A stretch of DNA of 64,000 bases from the IMG/VR virus record IMGVR_UViG_3300045970_000591, positions 59,383 through 123,382 of that record; one strand, written 5' to 3'. This stretch comes from a virus. The translations under genes were made by a program, and so were the position numbers. The notes under the pieces are model-generated. The model did not search any database and was not told where the DNA came from. It worked only from the letters and a program-made list of their open reading frames with translations. Of the stretch, positions 9,850 to 20,523 are shown one piece after another (the stretch's first letter is position 1; every line of letters starts with the position of its first letter).

Positions 9850-11064
9850 TTATCCTTTCTTTGCAGCTCTATCGTCTGCTATTTTAGCTCTTGCTGCTTC
9901 AGCGGCAGACACTTGTGTTTTTCTATCAGCGTATAGATCTACCTTCTGACGAACAACCTGCGACAGTGATTGTTTTTCGGGCATAACAGTGCCGTCTTGC
10001 AATATTGTATCTTTATTATTATCGATAAAAGAATCAAGTACTCTGTTGGTTGCAGTCCAGTGCTTCATAACATTTACTTCTATTAGTTTATATGTATTAC
10101 CTTGTTTTTGGAATAATCTCTCCGGTGTATAATCTAATCTTAAATAATAATCACCATCTTGCATAGTTAACGGAAATGATAACCCCGCACCCGCTAATGG
10201 TGCACCGTTGGGCGGCACACCATCACCGCTATAATAGTTACTACCTATCACGGGATATCCTTTATCATCTATGTATATGTAGAGATTAGCACTTTCGAAA
10301 AACTTAGGATCAAAAAATGCATTCTTTTCTGCTTCTGCAACTATGCCGTCTGTTATGCCGATTATTCTACAGAACAAATCTATTGAGTTTGTTATATTAG
10401 GATTTATACCTGTTCCTGGATTACCACTACTGTCAGCGGTATCTGTGAAACCGTCCGGCATAATGCCGATACCCTGTCCTATGCCGCCCGCAGTTTGTCC
10501 TGTTCCGGCCTGATCTATTATTTCTTTAAACTCCGGTCCTGCTGTCATAAGTTTCACCTTGGTTAGCCAAATATGTGGAAACCACTTTTGTCCATATCCC
10601 GCCGCAGCCCACATAGCATCCTGCACTACATAATATTTGTTTATCCCTACCGCGTTGTCGAATATAGGAACATCTCTCATGTTTGGAAACTCTAGCACAT
10701 CGCCCGGTATAAGTTTTCTACCTATCGCATCTATCATATCATTATAATGAAACTGCACTCGTATTGTATCTGAACTAAGAAATATACCAAACTGCGATAA
10801 ATCGTAGTTTATATCTTGTGGAGCATAATGCCCCCTCAACTCAATAACATCTGGGTTATATTTTCGTGCTGTATTTTCTAAGAATAATACATCTTGGATT
10901 GATGTAATGGTGGTATCAACATTACCGGTTGAGTCTATAGTCGGCCCTTCATATAGGTGTATAAGAATACCTGCTCCACCTATATTAAAGTTTTCTCCAA
11001 TCGCTCTATCTGTGAAGTTAAAATCTGCGCCCTTCGCCGCATTCCAGAGAGAAATTTTTGCCAT
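9850..11064 (-). CDS. Neck / head-completion protein, T4 gp14-like
   Basis: IQDVLFLENTARKY, LSQFGIFL..D and GRKLIPGDVLEFP motifs; GATAAATA on minus strand near 11085. Confidence 0.7.
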   Translation of the reverse strand: MAKISLWNAAKGADFNFTDRAIGENFNIGGAGILIHLYEGPTIDSTGNVDTTITSIQDVLFLENTARKYNPDVIELRGHYAPQDINYDLSQFGIFLSSDTIRVQFHYNDMIDAIGRKLIPGDVLEFPNMRDVPIFDNAVGINKYYVVQDAMWAAAGYGQKWFPHIWLTKVKLMTAGPEFKEIIDQAGTGQTAGGIGQGIGIMPDGFTDTADSSGNPGTGINPNITNSIDLFCRIIGITDGIVAEAEKNAFFDPKFFESANLYIYIDDKGYPVIGSNYYSGDGVPPNGAPLAGAGLSFPLTMQDGDYYLRLDYTPERLFQKQGNTYKLIEVNVMKHWTATNRVLDSFIDNNKDTILQDGTVMPEKQSLSQVVRQKVDLYADRKTQVSAAEAARAKIADDRAAKKG

Positions 11065-11155
11065 CTTGTGTCCTCATTTTAACTATTTATCATAAAACTA
11101 ATATGAAAGAAAATGTCATCTATGATAAATATAGGTGTATTGAGGAATAATAAAA

Positions 11156-13315
11156 ATGTCACAAAAATATCCGCGAGTTGCCCCTGGTGTAACAATAATA
11201 ATGGATGAGGCATCAAATGGTGTATCATCAAGGCTGACCGCAGATCCGCTGCTAACTTTACCAGCAGATCCGGGCGTAAGTGGTTACAGCGGATTTAGTG
11301 GTTATAGTGGCGCCGATGGGATAACGGGTATAAGTGGTTATAGTGGCACAAATGGCACCAACGGTACAATAGGTGTAGATGGTGTGAGTGGCTATAGTGG
11401 TGTAAGTGGATATAGTGGCCTGCAAGGTTTGCAAGGCATAAGTGGGTATAGTGGATGGTCAGGCGCAAATGGTGCTGGGTCGGTTATGTCTGTAGGTATA
11501 AGTGGCTATAGTGGTATCACTGCAGGTAATACTCCTATAACAACTTCAGGCATAATGACGGTTACATTAGATAATACCGCTGTTACTCCGGGATCATACA
11601 CAAATACTAATCTCACAGTTGATGCACAAGGTAGAATAACTGCTGCTGCAGACGGAACAGGTGGTGGTATAGGATTAGATGCATATAACAGTTTAGGTAT
11701 AGGCAGCGTCGGCACTTTAGCAACCTCAACCGGGTTGAATAATCTTGCTATCGGCATTGCCACGTTATGTAACAACACCACCGGCTGTAATAATACAGCA
11801 ATAGGCTATGGTGCTCTTTGCACAAACATTACAGGAAAAGATAACCTCGCCCAAGGTTATCAAGCACTATATGCTAATACATACGGTAACGATAATGCTG
11901 CTATAGGTCATCGTGCGCTTTATTGCAACACAACAGGCATTAATAACACTGCAATCGGTAACAGAGCGCTTTATGGGAATTTCACAGGTATCAATAATAT
12001 TGCCATAGGTGCAGATTCGCTGGTTTTATCCGCACCAGAATCGGGTTGCGCAACAGTAAATAATAATATAGCACAAGGTTACAGTAGTTTACGCAATCTC
12101 ACCTCAGGTTCAAATAACATAGCGATAGGCCAGTGCGCAGGTGCAAGTGTATCGTACGGATCTGATAATACCATATTAGGCTCGTTGATAGCAGGAAACT
12201 GTGTTTGCACTGTGTTGATTGGCGCCGGAACATGCGAGCGTATCAAGGTTGATAATACAGGCCTGTATATAAATGGCACAGCTTTTACTGGTGGTGCACC
12301 ATCACTGACTGCCACGTATAACAACTTAGGAATCGGTACAGGTGCCCTTGCCAATCCGGCGATATATGGCCGCAATAACTTTGCCGTGGGTATTGGCGCG
12401 CTCTGCAAAGATACAGGTGGTAACCATAACTTCGCCCAAGGATATCATGCACTACAAAACAATCTCTATGCGAGTAATAACTTCGCCCAAGGCTACAATG
12501 CGCTAGGCAGCAACACATATGGTAGCCATAACTTCGCCCAAGGCTATCGCGCACTATGTAAAAACATTAACGGTAGTAGTAATATAGCAATGGGATTCAA
12601 TGCACTCACGAGCAACACCGCCGCCTGTAATAACACCGCGATAGGAGCATATGCACTCTTTACTAATACCACCGGTAGTAATAACATTGCAATAGGATCT
12701 AATGTACTCCGGAGTAATATTGCCGGTATTAATAACATCGCCATGGGAGATCATGCGCTTTACGGTAATACTACTGGCAATAATAATATTGCTCAAGGAT
12801 ATCAGGCGCTCTTCAGCAATACTACCGGTACCGATAATATAGGAATTGGTTGCTGTGCCGGATACAGTAATATAGGGGGGTCCAATAATACGTTCCTAGG
12901 ATACAATGCCCAAGGGAGCACCTCTACTTCTTCTAACACCATAACACTAGGCAATGCATCAATCGCGACCATTCGTGCTCAAGTAACAACTATTACAGCA
13001 CTATCTGACGCACGTGATAAAACTGACATTGTCGATATTCCACTCGGCCTCGATTTTATCAATCAGATACGCCCAGTGAAGTTTACATGGAATATGCGTG
13101 ATGGAAGTAAAGTAGGTCAAGGCTATGCTGGTTTCATTGCACAAGAACTAAAACAAGTAATGGATTATCATCAAGTCAAAGATTGGTTGGATCTCGTTCT
13201 TGAAGATAATCCCGATCGATACGAAGCCGCACCGGGTAAACTACTGCCTATCATTGTTAAAGCGATCCAGGAACTAAATGCCAAGTTTGAAGCATATAAA
13301 CTAACGCACCCATAA
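11156..13315 (+). CDS. Tail fibre/spike with 14-aa repeats and C-terminal S74 intramolecular chaperone
   Basis: NN(T/F)A(I/Q)GY.AL..NT.G repeats; LSDARDK...LGLDFINQIRPVKFTW...GFIAQE. Confidence 0.85.
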   Translation: MSQKYPRVAPGVTIIMDEASNGVSSRLTADPLLTLPADPGVSGYSGFSGYSGADGITGISGYSGTNGTNGTIGVDGVSGYSGVSGYSGLQGLQGISGYSGWSGANGAGSVMSVGISGYSGITAGNTPITTSGIMTVTLDNTAVTPGSYTNTNLTVDAQGRITAAADGTGGGIGLDAYNSLGIGSVGTLATSTGLNNLAIGIATLCNNTTGCNNTAIGYGALCTNITGKDNLAQGYQALYANTYGNDNAAIGHRALYCNTTGINNTAIGNRALYGNFTGINNIAIGADSLVLSAPESGCATVNNNIAQGYSSLRNLTSGSNNIAIGQCAGASVSYGSDNTILGSLIAGNCVCTVLIGAGTCERIKVDNTGLYINGTAFTGGAPSLTATYNNLGIGTGALANPAIYGRNNFAVGIGALCKDTGGNHNFAQGYHALQNNLYASNNFAQGYNALGSNTYGSHNFAQGYRALCKNINGSSNIAMGFNALTSNTAACNNTAIGAYALFTNTTGSNNIAIGSNVLRSNIAGINNIAMGDHALYGNTTGNNNIAQGYQALFSNTTGTDNIGIGCCAGYSNIGGSNNTFLGYNAQGSTSTSSNTITLGNASIATIRAQVTTITALSDARDKTDIVDIPLGLDFINQIRPVKFTWNMRDGSKVGQGYAGFIAQELKQVMDYHQVKDWLDLVLEDNPDRYEAAPGKLLPIIVKAIQELNAKFEAYKLTHP

Positions 13316-13372
13316 TCAATAATAGTATCTGCAATACCTGTTCCTAAGTAAATACTACTTTAAGGGACAAGT

Positions 13373-14224
13373 ATGACTAAGATTTTAATAATGGGCCTCC
13401 CCGGCTCCGGAAAAACATTTCTCGCCCAAGCACTAAAACATTATCTGATAGAGAACGGCACTGCAAATAACATGTCGTTACCTAACGCGATGCTTACTGA
13501 TTTACAGTTTGGTGATTATAAAATATCTGTAGATTGGTTCAACGCCGACGAAATAAGAAAACGATTCAATGACTGGGATTTTAGTCACGATGGTAGAATC
13601 CGCCAATCATTAAGAATGGCAGAGTTTGCATTAAAGTCTGCTGGTGATTTTGTTATCGCTGACTTTGTTGCACCACTTGTAGAGATGCGTAACAACTTCA
13701 AAGCAGATTGGACTATTTGGATGGACACTATTGACCAAGGCCGCTTCGCTGATACAAACAAGGCATTTATTCCTCCGGAACAGTATGATTTCCGTATAAC
13801 TGAAAAGGATGCAGAGAAATGGGCAGAGTTTGTAGGTTCGCATATTTTAGAAAATCGTCGCCGACCTGTCTTTGATTGGAAGAAAGAGACAGTGCAGATG
13901 TTAGGCCGTTGGCAACCTTTTCACGAAGGTCATCGCGCCCTGTTTGATAGACTTATTCAGAAAACTGGACAAGTTGTTATTCAAATAAGAGATTGTCAGG
14001 GCTGGCAAGGATCTAATCCGTTCGCTATTAAACAAGTAGAAGGATTTATCCGTCGCGATTTAGATCCTTTATATCAGGGGCAATATGAGATTCAGGTGGT
14101 GCCTAATATTGTGCATATCGGCTGGGGTAGAGGTGTAGGATATACAATGGCAGAGGAATCTTTTGTTGATAGTATAACTGATATTTCGGCCACTAAAATC
14201 CGTAAAGAACTGGGGTTAAAATAA
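13373..14224 (+). CDS. Adenylylsulfate-kinase-like domain fused to HIGH-family nucleotidyltransferase
   Basis: GLPGSGKT P-loop with NADEIR...WDFS..GRIRQ (CysC-like); C-terminal LGRWQPFHEGH. Confidence 0.75.
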   Translation: MTKILIMGLPGSGKTFLAQALKHYLIENGTANNMSLPNAMLTDLQFGDYKISVDWFNADEIRKRFNDWDFSHDGRIRQSLRMAEFALKSAGDFVIADFVAPLVEMRNNFKADWTIWMDTIDQGRFADTNKAFIPPEQYDFRITEKDAEKWAEFVGSHILENRRRPVFDWKKETVQMLGRWQPFHEGHRALFDRLIQKTGQVVIQIRDCQGWQGSNPFAIKQVEGFIRRDLDPLYQGQYEIQVVPNIVHIGWGRGVGYTMAEESFVDSITDISATKIRKELGLK

Positions 14225-14268
14225 CATAGTGCTATTTTAGTGATAAATACTATAATAAGGAACCTATT

Positions 14269-15216
14269 ATGAAAACAAAAACACCTGTAGAAAAATCCGC
14301 AAAGATACCTAAGCCAGCAACTGTAGCACCAAGAATCATACCGTTATCGGACTTACAACCATCGCCACCGGATATACGAGATCATATAGCAGCATTACCT
14401 CGTGTAACCTTGCCTACATCTGTTGATCTTAAGCCATTAGTGAATGAAGTAGAAAATCAAAGCATATTCAACTCTTGCACTGCTAACGCAGGTTGTTCCG
14501 CATTAGAACTTATGTATCACGGAAATAATACCATAGTTGATTTGAGTAGATTCTATCTATATTACTACACACGTCAACTAAGCGGTATTACAGGTGACAA
14601 AGGTGCGTATGCAAGAGATATCGGCAAAGCACTTAAGGCGTATGGTGTGTGTACTGAAAATAACTGGGCATATGTTCAGGAGAACCTAGATAAGGCGCCC
14701 ACGCCGGCAGTAATCCAAGAAGCAAACAAGTTTAAGATTTTATCTTATGAACAGCTTGTTGGTGACAAGTTACTTGAGATTAAGAATGCAGTTGCTCAGG
14801 GTGTTCCTGTATTGCTTACAATGGCAGTGCATAATGGTTTCTATGGTTTAACAGGCAACTGGAAAACACATTCGTGGGATTATACTGATAACTCTAAAAA
14901 TCCAGTAGTAGGTTGGCACGAAGTATTGATTATTGGGTACGACGATGCAGCTCAAAGATTGTTGGTAGAAAATTCTTGGGGACCTGAGTGGGGAGATGGT
15001 GGCTTCTTTGGCATATCTTATGGTATGTTGACATCAGCAGCAATCGGTGAACTGTGGGTTTTATCACCTAACTATTCATTGGGTAACGATGTTATTCCGG
15101 ATCCATTACCGGATCCATTACCTACTCCACCTACTAATAAATCGTGGATAGTTATTGCATTGATTGCACTTGCTATTATTATTTTCACAACTACAGGTAT
15201 GTTTCCGACTCCATAG
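14269..15216 (+). CDS. Papain-like cysteine peptidase (C1A) with C-terminal membrane anchor
   Basis: NQSIFNSCTANA, WHEVLIIGYDD, NSWGPEWGDGG; Pro-rich linker then hydrophobic helix. Confidence 0.9.
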   Translation: MKTKTPVEKSAKIPKPATVAPRIIPLSDLQPSPPDIRDHIAALPRVTLPTSVDLKPLVNEVENQSIFNSCTANAGCSALELMYHGNNTIVDLSRFYLYYYTRQLSGITGDKGAYARDIGKALKAYGVCTENNWAYVQENLDKAPTPAVIQEANKFKILSYEQLVGDKLLEIKNAVAQGVPVLLTMAVHNGFYGLTGNWKTHSWDYTDNSKNPVVGWHEVLIIGYDDAAQRLLVENSWGPEWGDGGFFGISYGMLTSAAIGELWVLSPNYSLGNDVIPDPLPDPLPTPPTNKSWIVIALIALAIIIFTTTGMFPTP

Positions 15217-15304
15217 GGTTTTATTATCTATTGATAAATAGTAATAGAATTCTAATGACTATTACATAATGTAATAGACGAGTTTCGACTCGAACAAGGG
15301 AACT

Positions 15305-18300
15305 ATGTCAGTTACAATCAATGCTAAAGGTACCAGTGTACCCTATTTTACTATAGGTAAAGGCGGCGCCACGATATATCAAGGCGTTGCAGATCCCTCC
15401 CTTTCATACACAATCAACACAGGCGATTATTGGCTTGATACTGTCACCTTGGCTCAAAAAGTGTGGAATGGTTCTGCTTGGGTTATGCCTCTTGGAACAA
15501 GTGGCTATAGCGGTGTAAGTGGCTACAGTGGTTTCAGTGGTGTAAGTGGCTACAGTGGTTTCAGTGGTGTAAGTGGAACAAGTGGCTACAGTGGTTTTAG
15601 TGGTTTCAGTGGCGTAAGTGGAACAAGTGGCGTAAGTGGCTATAGTGGTTTCAGTGGAACATCTGGTGTAAGTGGCTACAGTGGATTTAGTGGAACATCT
15701 GGCTATAGTGGTTTCAGTGGTTTCAGTGGGTTCAGTGGTGTAAGTGGCTACAGTGGAACATCTGGCTACAGTGGAAAGTCAGGGTATAGTGGGTTCAGTG
15801 GAACAAGTGGCTACAGTGGCTTTAGTGGTGTAAGTGGCTACAGCGGTTATAGTGGTGCAGGATCAGTATTAGGCGCCGATATTCAACGCTGCGGTTTCTT
15901 AAATCAGACAGAGACTACAATCGCATTTGACGGTACCAATACATTTACGTTAGGTGATGCAGGCGCCGGGTGGTCGTATTATCTCAACGGGTTAAAATAT
16001 ACAATATCCGGTAGCAAAACAATAACACTAACTGGTGCACCTCCCGCTGCAAAAGCAGTTTATTTTATTAGTATTTCAAATAACACAACAGGTACATTAA
16101 GTGTTTCGACTACCGCCTGGGATTTAACTGACCCACTTACTATACCTGTCGTAACCGTAAACTGGGATAGCACCCTTACGCCTACGTACTGGTTAGCAGA
16201 TGAGCGCCACTCGACAAAGATTGACCGTAGAATGCATTACTATTTGCATACTACTCACGGAACCCAAGTAAGAACATACGGTGGCGTAGCAGGATATACC
16301 GTAGCACCCGCTGTCCCTGCAAATATAGATAATACTTTTTCTATCGGTGCAACCATATTAGAAGATGAAGATATTATTTTAAGTCTTGCAGCATTAACAG
16401 ATCCGGGCGGCGTCACTACTGATTATGTAAACCTATACAGGACTGCTGCAACAACATATGCTTGGGCTGCATCTGCACTACCATATCCTTCATCTGCAAC
16501 ATATATTCAATATGATAATGCCGGCACACTAACAACAGGTATCAATAATAGATGGTATAACTCGTATCTATTATTTACGGATTACAGCGGCGCTGGCCGA
16601 TTTGTTATGATACCGGGTCGCGCACAGTTTACATCGTTAGCAAACGCTCAGTTAGAAGATCCATCACAGTTTGATTGGACAGGGTTAGGCATTGCCGAGT
16701 TTGTTATAGCATATCAGTTTACATGGAATAGTGGTGCGGCATATACAACAACCGGTAAAGTTAGATTAGCAGCAATACCGGTCAAGGTTAATATAGCAAC
16801 ATTAGCAGCAACTACAATAACATCGGCTGCACATAATAGCTTAACAGGGTTACAAGGCGGCATACCGACAGAATATTTCCACTTAACCGCTGCCGAATAT
16901 GCAGCACTTCAACTAACTGGTGGATCGGGGTTTAGCGGGTATAGTGGGATAAGTGGTTATAGCGGAGTGTCAGGATACAGCGGGGTCGGCACATCTGGTG
17001 TAAGTGGCTACAGTGGAACAAGTGGCACATCTGGCTACAGTGGAACATCTGGTGTAAGTGGCTACAGTGGTTTCAGTGGAACATCTGGTGTAAGTGGCTA
17101 CAGTGGTTTCAGTGGAACATCTGGTGTAAGTGGCTACAGTGGATTTAGTGGAACAAGTGGCACATCTGGCTACAGTGGAACATCTGGTGTAAGTGGCTAC
17201 AGTGGAACATCTGGTGTAAGTGGCTACAGTGGTTTCAGTGGAACATCTGGTGTAAGTGGCTACAGTGGATTTAGTGGAACAAGTGGCTATAGCGGGTTCA
17301 GCGGCGTTTCTGGCTATAGCGGGTTCAGTGGGTTTAGTGGCACAAGCGGGTTCAGCGGCGTTTCTGGCTATAGCGGGTTCAGTGGGTTTAGTGGAACATC
17401 TGGCTATAGCGGTTTCAGTGGAACAAGTGGCTACAGCGGTAAATCAGGTTTCAGTGGCTATAGTGGTACACCTCTATCTTGGGTTGAGATAACAAGTAAT
17501 ACAACTGCGGTGAGTTTAGTACAGTATATATGCGATACAACTGCTGCACCATTCACCCTAACATTACCGCTATCTCCTACTACGGGCAATATGGTAACTG
17601 TAATGGACGGTGGTTCTTTTGCAGTCAATAATCTAACGGTAGCAAGAAACGGAAGCACTATAGAAGGCCTTGCTGAAGATTTTGTTATTAATATATCTTC
17701 GGTGATAGTTTATTTTGTATATGATGGCGTCACCTGGCAAATGGCTGCAACAGTCGGCCCAGCAGGAACAAGCGGATATAGCGGATACGGTGGCGTAGAT
17801 GGTACAAGTGGGTTCAGTGGATCAAACGGTACCATAGGTGTAGATGGAACAAGCGGCTATAGTGGGTTCAGTGGTTACAGTGGAACATCTGGTTATAGCG
17901 GAACATCTGGTTATAGCGGCTCACCTGGCCCGTCAAATATAATAAATGCTACAGATGATGTCGCCACAACATTATTATACCCGGTTATGGTTGCCGCAGC
18001 AGGCTCACCACAAACTGCTAAAGTATCTACTCCAAAAATATCATTTGACGCATCGACTGGTGTATTTTCCGCTGTTTCGAAATCTTTCTTGATAGATCAT
18101 CCTACCAAACCTGGTATGCAGCTACGATATGGTTGTTTAGAAGGCGAAGAATATGGCGTATATTTGCGCGGAAGATTAACTGATTGTAATGAGATTATGT
18201 TGCCGGAATACTGGACAAAACTAATAGATCCCCAATCTATAACAGTGCAACTAACGCAGATAGGCATTAGTAAACAAGATTTATATGTTGATTCAATAGA

Positions 18301-18403
18301 ACACAATATAGTTAAGATAGGTGGCACAAACATAAACTGTTTCTATGTTATATTTGCCGAAAGAAGTGATATACCCAAAATAATAGTAGAGGATAGTAAA
18401 TGA
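15305..18403 (+). CDS. Long collagen-like (Gly-X-Ser)n fibre protein
   Basis: Two long SGYSG tracts; module shared with 2841..5186; C-terminal KSFLIDHPTKPGMQLRYGCLEG domain typical of phage fibres. Confidence 0.8.
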   Translation: MSVTINAKGTSVPYFTIGKGGATIYQGVADPSLSYTINTGDYWLDTVTLAQKVWNGSAWVMPLGTSGYSGVSGYSGFSGVSGYSGFSGVSGTSGYSGFSGFSGVSGTSGVSGYSGFSGTSGVSGYSGFSGTSGYSGFSGFSGFSGVSGYSGTSGYSGKSGYSGFSGTSGYSGFSGVSGYSGYSGAGSVLGADIQRCGFLNQTETTIAFDGTNTFTLGDAGAGWSYYLNGLKYTISGSKTITLTGAPPAAKAVYFISISNNTTGTLSVSTTAWDLTDPLTIPVVTVNWDSTLTPTYWLADERHSTKIDRRMHYYLHTTHGTQVRTYGGVAGYTVAPAVPANIDNTFSIGATILEDEDIILSLAALTDPGGVTTDYVNLYRTAATTYAWAASALPYPSSATYIQYDNAGTLTTGINNRWYNSYLLFTDYSGAGRFVMIPGRAQFTSLANAQLEDPSQFDWTGLGIAEFVIAYQFTWNSGAAYTTTGKVRLAAIPVKVNIATLAATTITSAAHNSLTGLQGGIPTEYFHLTAAEYAALQLTGGSGFSGYSGISGYSGVSGYSGVGTSGVSGYSGTSGTSGYSGTSGVSGYSGFSGTSGVSGYSGFSGTSGVSGYSGFSGTSGTSGYSGTSGVSGYSGTSGVSGYSGFSGTSGVSGYSGFSGTSGYSGFSGVSGYSGFSGFSGTSGFSGVSGYSGFSGFSGTSGYSGFSGTSGYSGKSGFSGYSGTPLSWVEITSNTTAVSLVQYICDTTAAPFTLTLPLSPTTGNMVTVMDGGSFAVNNLTVARNGSTIEGLAEDFVINISSVIVYFVYDGVTWQMAATVGPAGTSGYSGYGGVDGTSGFSGSNGTIGVDGTSGYSGFSGYSGTSGYSGTSGYSGSPGPSNIINATDDVATTLLYPVMVAAAGSPQTAKVSTPKISFDASTGVFSAVSKSFLIDHPTKPGMQLRYGCLEGEEYGVYLRGRLTDCNEIMLPEYWTKLIDPQSITVQLTQIGISKQDLYVDSIEHNIVKIGGTNINCFYVIFAERSDIPKIIVEDSK

Positions 18404-19104
18404 GTATCTCTTACAATCCGAGTATAGTAACTAATGGGCTTGTGCTGTGTCTTGACGCAGCTAATACGAAAAGTTATCCTGGCAGTGGAACTATCTGGAG
18501 TGATCTTAGCGGGTTCGGCAATAATGGCACACTCTATAACACCCCTGTGTATAGTAGTGGAAGTTTAGCATTTAATGGCACTACACAATATTGTTTATGT
18601 GGAAATGCAATCCAGGTTAGTGGTAGTTTACCCTGGTCTGTTGTTGGTTGGTTTAAAAGAACATCAGCATATGCAGGAAAAGCATCGTGGGGATTTGGAA
18701 CTGCCAACGCCAACTTTAATACCTTCAATAATGCTTCGGCCAATGAGATATCTATAGATTTATATGGTGTTGCTACATTCAGCAGCGGGCAAATATATGA
18801 TCTTAACTCATGGAACTTCGCCGCATGGACATTTAGTGGGGGCGTATTTAACCGAGCAAATATTAAGATTTGGAAAAATACCACATCTTACACCGGCCCT
18901 ACTCTAAATATATTACGGGGAGCAGAAACCACAACACCCAACATAAACGCAGCAGGCGGATTTTTAGTAGGTAGAGTTAGCGCAGCAGACAATGCATACT
19001 ATGCGCCGGTTACAGTTTCACATATCAGCTTTTACAACCGTGCCATTACTGCGGCTGAAGTTGCACAAAACTTTAACGCTACAAAATCGAGGTATGGGCT
19101 ATGA
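18400..19104 (+). CDS. LamG / concanavalin-A-like lectin domain protein
   Basis: IVTNGLVLCLDAANTKSYPGSGT.WSDLSG...FYNRAITAAEVAQNFNA. Confidence 0.85.
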   Translation: MSISYNPSIVTNGLVLCLDAANTKSYPGSGTIWSDLSGFGNNGTLYNTPVYSSGSLAFNGTTQYCLCGNAIQVSGSLPWSVVGWFKRTSAYAGKASWGFGTANANFNTFNNASANEISIDLYGVATFSSGQIYDLNSWNFAAWTFSGGVFNRANIKIWKNTTSYTGPTLNILRGAETTTPNINAAGGFLVGRVSAADNAYYAPVTVSHISFYNRAITAAEVAQNFNATKSRYGL

Positions 19105-19793
19105 GCTTAGGTCACGGAGCATCAATCGTTACTAACGGACTGGTATTGTGTCTTGATGCTGCCAACACAAAGAGCTATCCTGGCAGTGGAACTACCTGGA
19201 GCGATTTATCCGGATTTAATAATACAGGGACATTGGTTAATGGAGCAACTTATTCGTCTGCTAACAACGGTAGTATTGCATTTGATGGAACATCAGGTTA
19301 TATCAACTGTGGCTCGGCACCCGTTATTGGCTCGTCATTAACTGGCCTTACAGTCGAGGTGTGGTTATATTCTACCGCTAGAACAACTAAATGTATAGCA
19401 GAAAACGGCTCAGCGCACAATGCAAACACATTTTATATGTTTCAAGAGAACGTTGTTAACTTTTCATTTGAGGTGTGGGGCGGCACAACATATGATGCAT
19501 TATACTCAAACTTCACATATCAACTAAACACATGGTATCATTTAGTCGGTACATGGTCGTCTGGCAACAGGGTGAAAATGTATAGTAACGGTGTAGAAAG
19601 TGGCGCCGCCCCGTTCGGTTCAGTGCAAACTGCGGTTGCAAACGGTAATACAAATCTAATGATTGGTGCCAGGGCAGGCACCGGCTCCTGGTGGTCGGGT
19701 AACATACCTACCGCACGATTTTACAACCGCGCTCTATCAGCCTATGAGGTAAGACAGAATTTCAACGCAGCAAGGTCACGTTATGGCCTATGA
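19101..19793 (+). CDS. LamG / concanavalin-A-like lectin domain protein (tandem paralog)
   Basis: Same termini as the preceding gene; WYHLVGTW and FYNRALSAYEVRQNFNA. Confidence 0.85.
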   Translation: MSLGHGASIVTNGLVLCLDAANTKSYPGSGTTWSDLSGFNNTGTLVNGATYSSANNGSIAFDGTSGYINCGSAPVIGSSLTGLTVEVWLYSTARTTKCIAENGSAHNANTFYMFQENVVNFSFEVWGGTTYDALYSNFTYQLNTWYHLVGTWSSGNRVKMYSNGVESGAAPFGSVQTAVANGNTNLMIGARAGTGSWWSGNIPTARFYNRALSAYEVRQNFNAARSRYGL

Positions 19794-19814
19794 TAAATAT
19801 AAAATAAGGTAAAA

Positions 19815-20180
19815 ATGGCATCATATATAGGTCTTAGTCCGGCATTAGTAGCAATCAGAACAGATGCAGAAGCAGCTCGCGATACTGCGGTAGCCGCCGC
19901 TACAGGACAATATAACAATGTAGTAAGGAACATAACAGTATCTGACAGTATAGTAATGACAGATAGTATTATTTTTGCATCAAACACTATCACATTGACT
20001 ATGCCCACAGCAGTTGGCATTAGTGGTAGAACATTTACTGTAAAGAATAAAGGTGTAGGGATGATAACTTTAACTGGTGTAAATGCAGAAACCATTGACA
20101 GTTATTCAACAATGACACTAAGTGAACCAAATACATCTATAGATATTATATCTGATGGAAGTAACTGGTATATTTTATAA
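19815..20180 (+). CDS. Small fibre-associated structural protein
   Basis: TITLTMPTAVG..GRTFTVKNKG...ISDGSNWYIL module, related to a segment of 23377..25467; GATAAATA upstream. Confidence 0.55.
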   Translation: MASYIGLSPALVAIRTDAEAARDTAVAAATGQYNNVVRNITVSDSIVMTDSIIFASNTITLTMPTAVGISGRTFTVKNKGVGMITLTGVNAETIDSYSTMTLSEPNTSIDIISDGSNWYIL

Positions 20181-20189
20181 GAGGATATT

Positions 20190-20516
20190 ATGTCATACAT
20201 AGAAACAACAAAGATCAAAGACGCAGACGGGGTTTTGATGACCCCAGCTAAGGATGATAGTCTCACCCTACTACGCAGAATATTTCAGCTACTCAAACCA
20301 CTCGGTGTCACATCGGGTCTCGGTAGTAATAGATTGAACGTTGATATAAACACAGTTGGTTCAGGTACGATTACCACTGTAGGCACTGTTACAACTGTAA
20401 CAACCGTCGCAACCGTCACTAATCAAAACTACATGGCCAATATCCACTTGTTTGAACTATTAAAAGCATCAAACAGAGCCGGATATAACACCGGAATAAG
20501 AGCAAACATAACTTAA
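20190..20516 (+). CDS. Hypothetical structural protein (Thr/Val-rich)
   Basis: TVGTVTTVTTVATVT tract; SD GAGGA. Confidence 0.5.
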   Translation: MSYIETTKIKDADGVLMTPAKDDSLTLLRRIFQLLKPLGVTSGLGSNRLNVDINTVGSGTITTVGTVTTVTTVATVTNQNYMANIHLFELLKASNRAGYNTGIRANIT

Positions 20517-20523
20517 GGCAAAT

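Noticed and set aside
15490-17460. Dense short repeats (agtggctacagtgg...) as a CRISPR array or satellite
   Set aside because: In-frame 9-nt codon repeats encoding Gly-X-Ser; no unique spacers or cas genes
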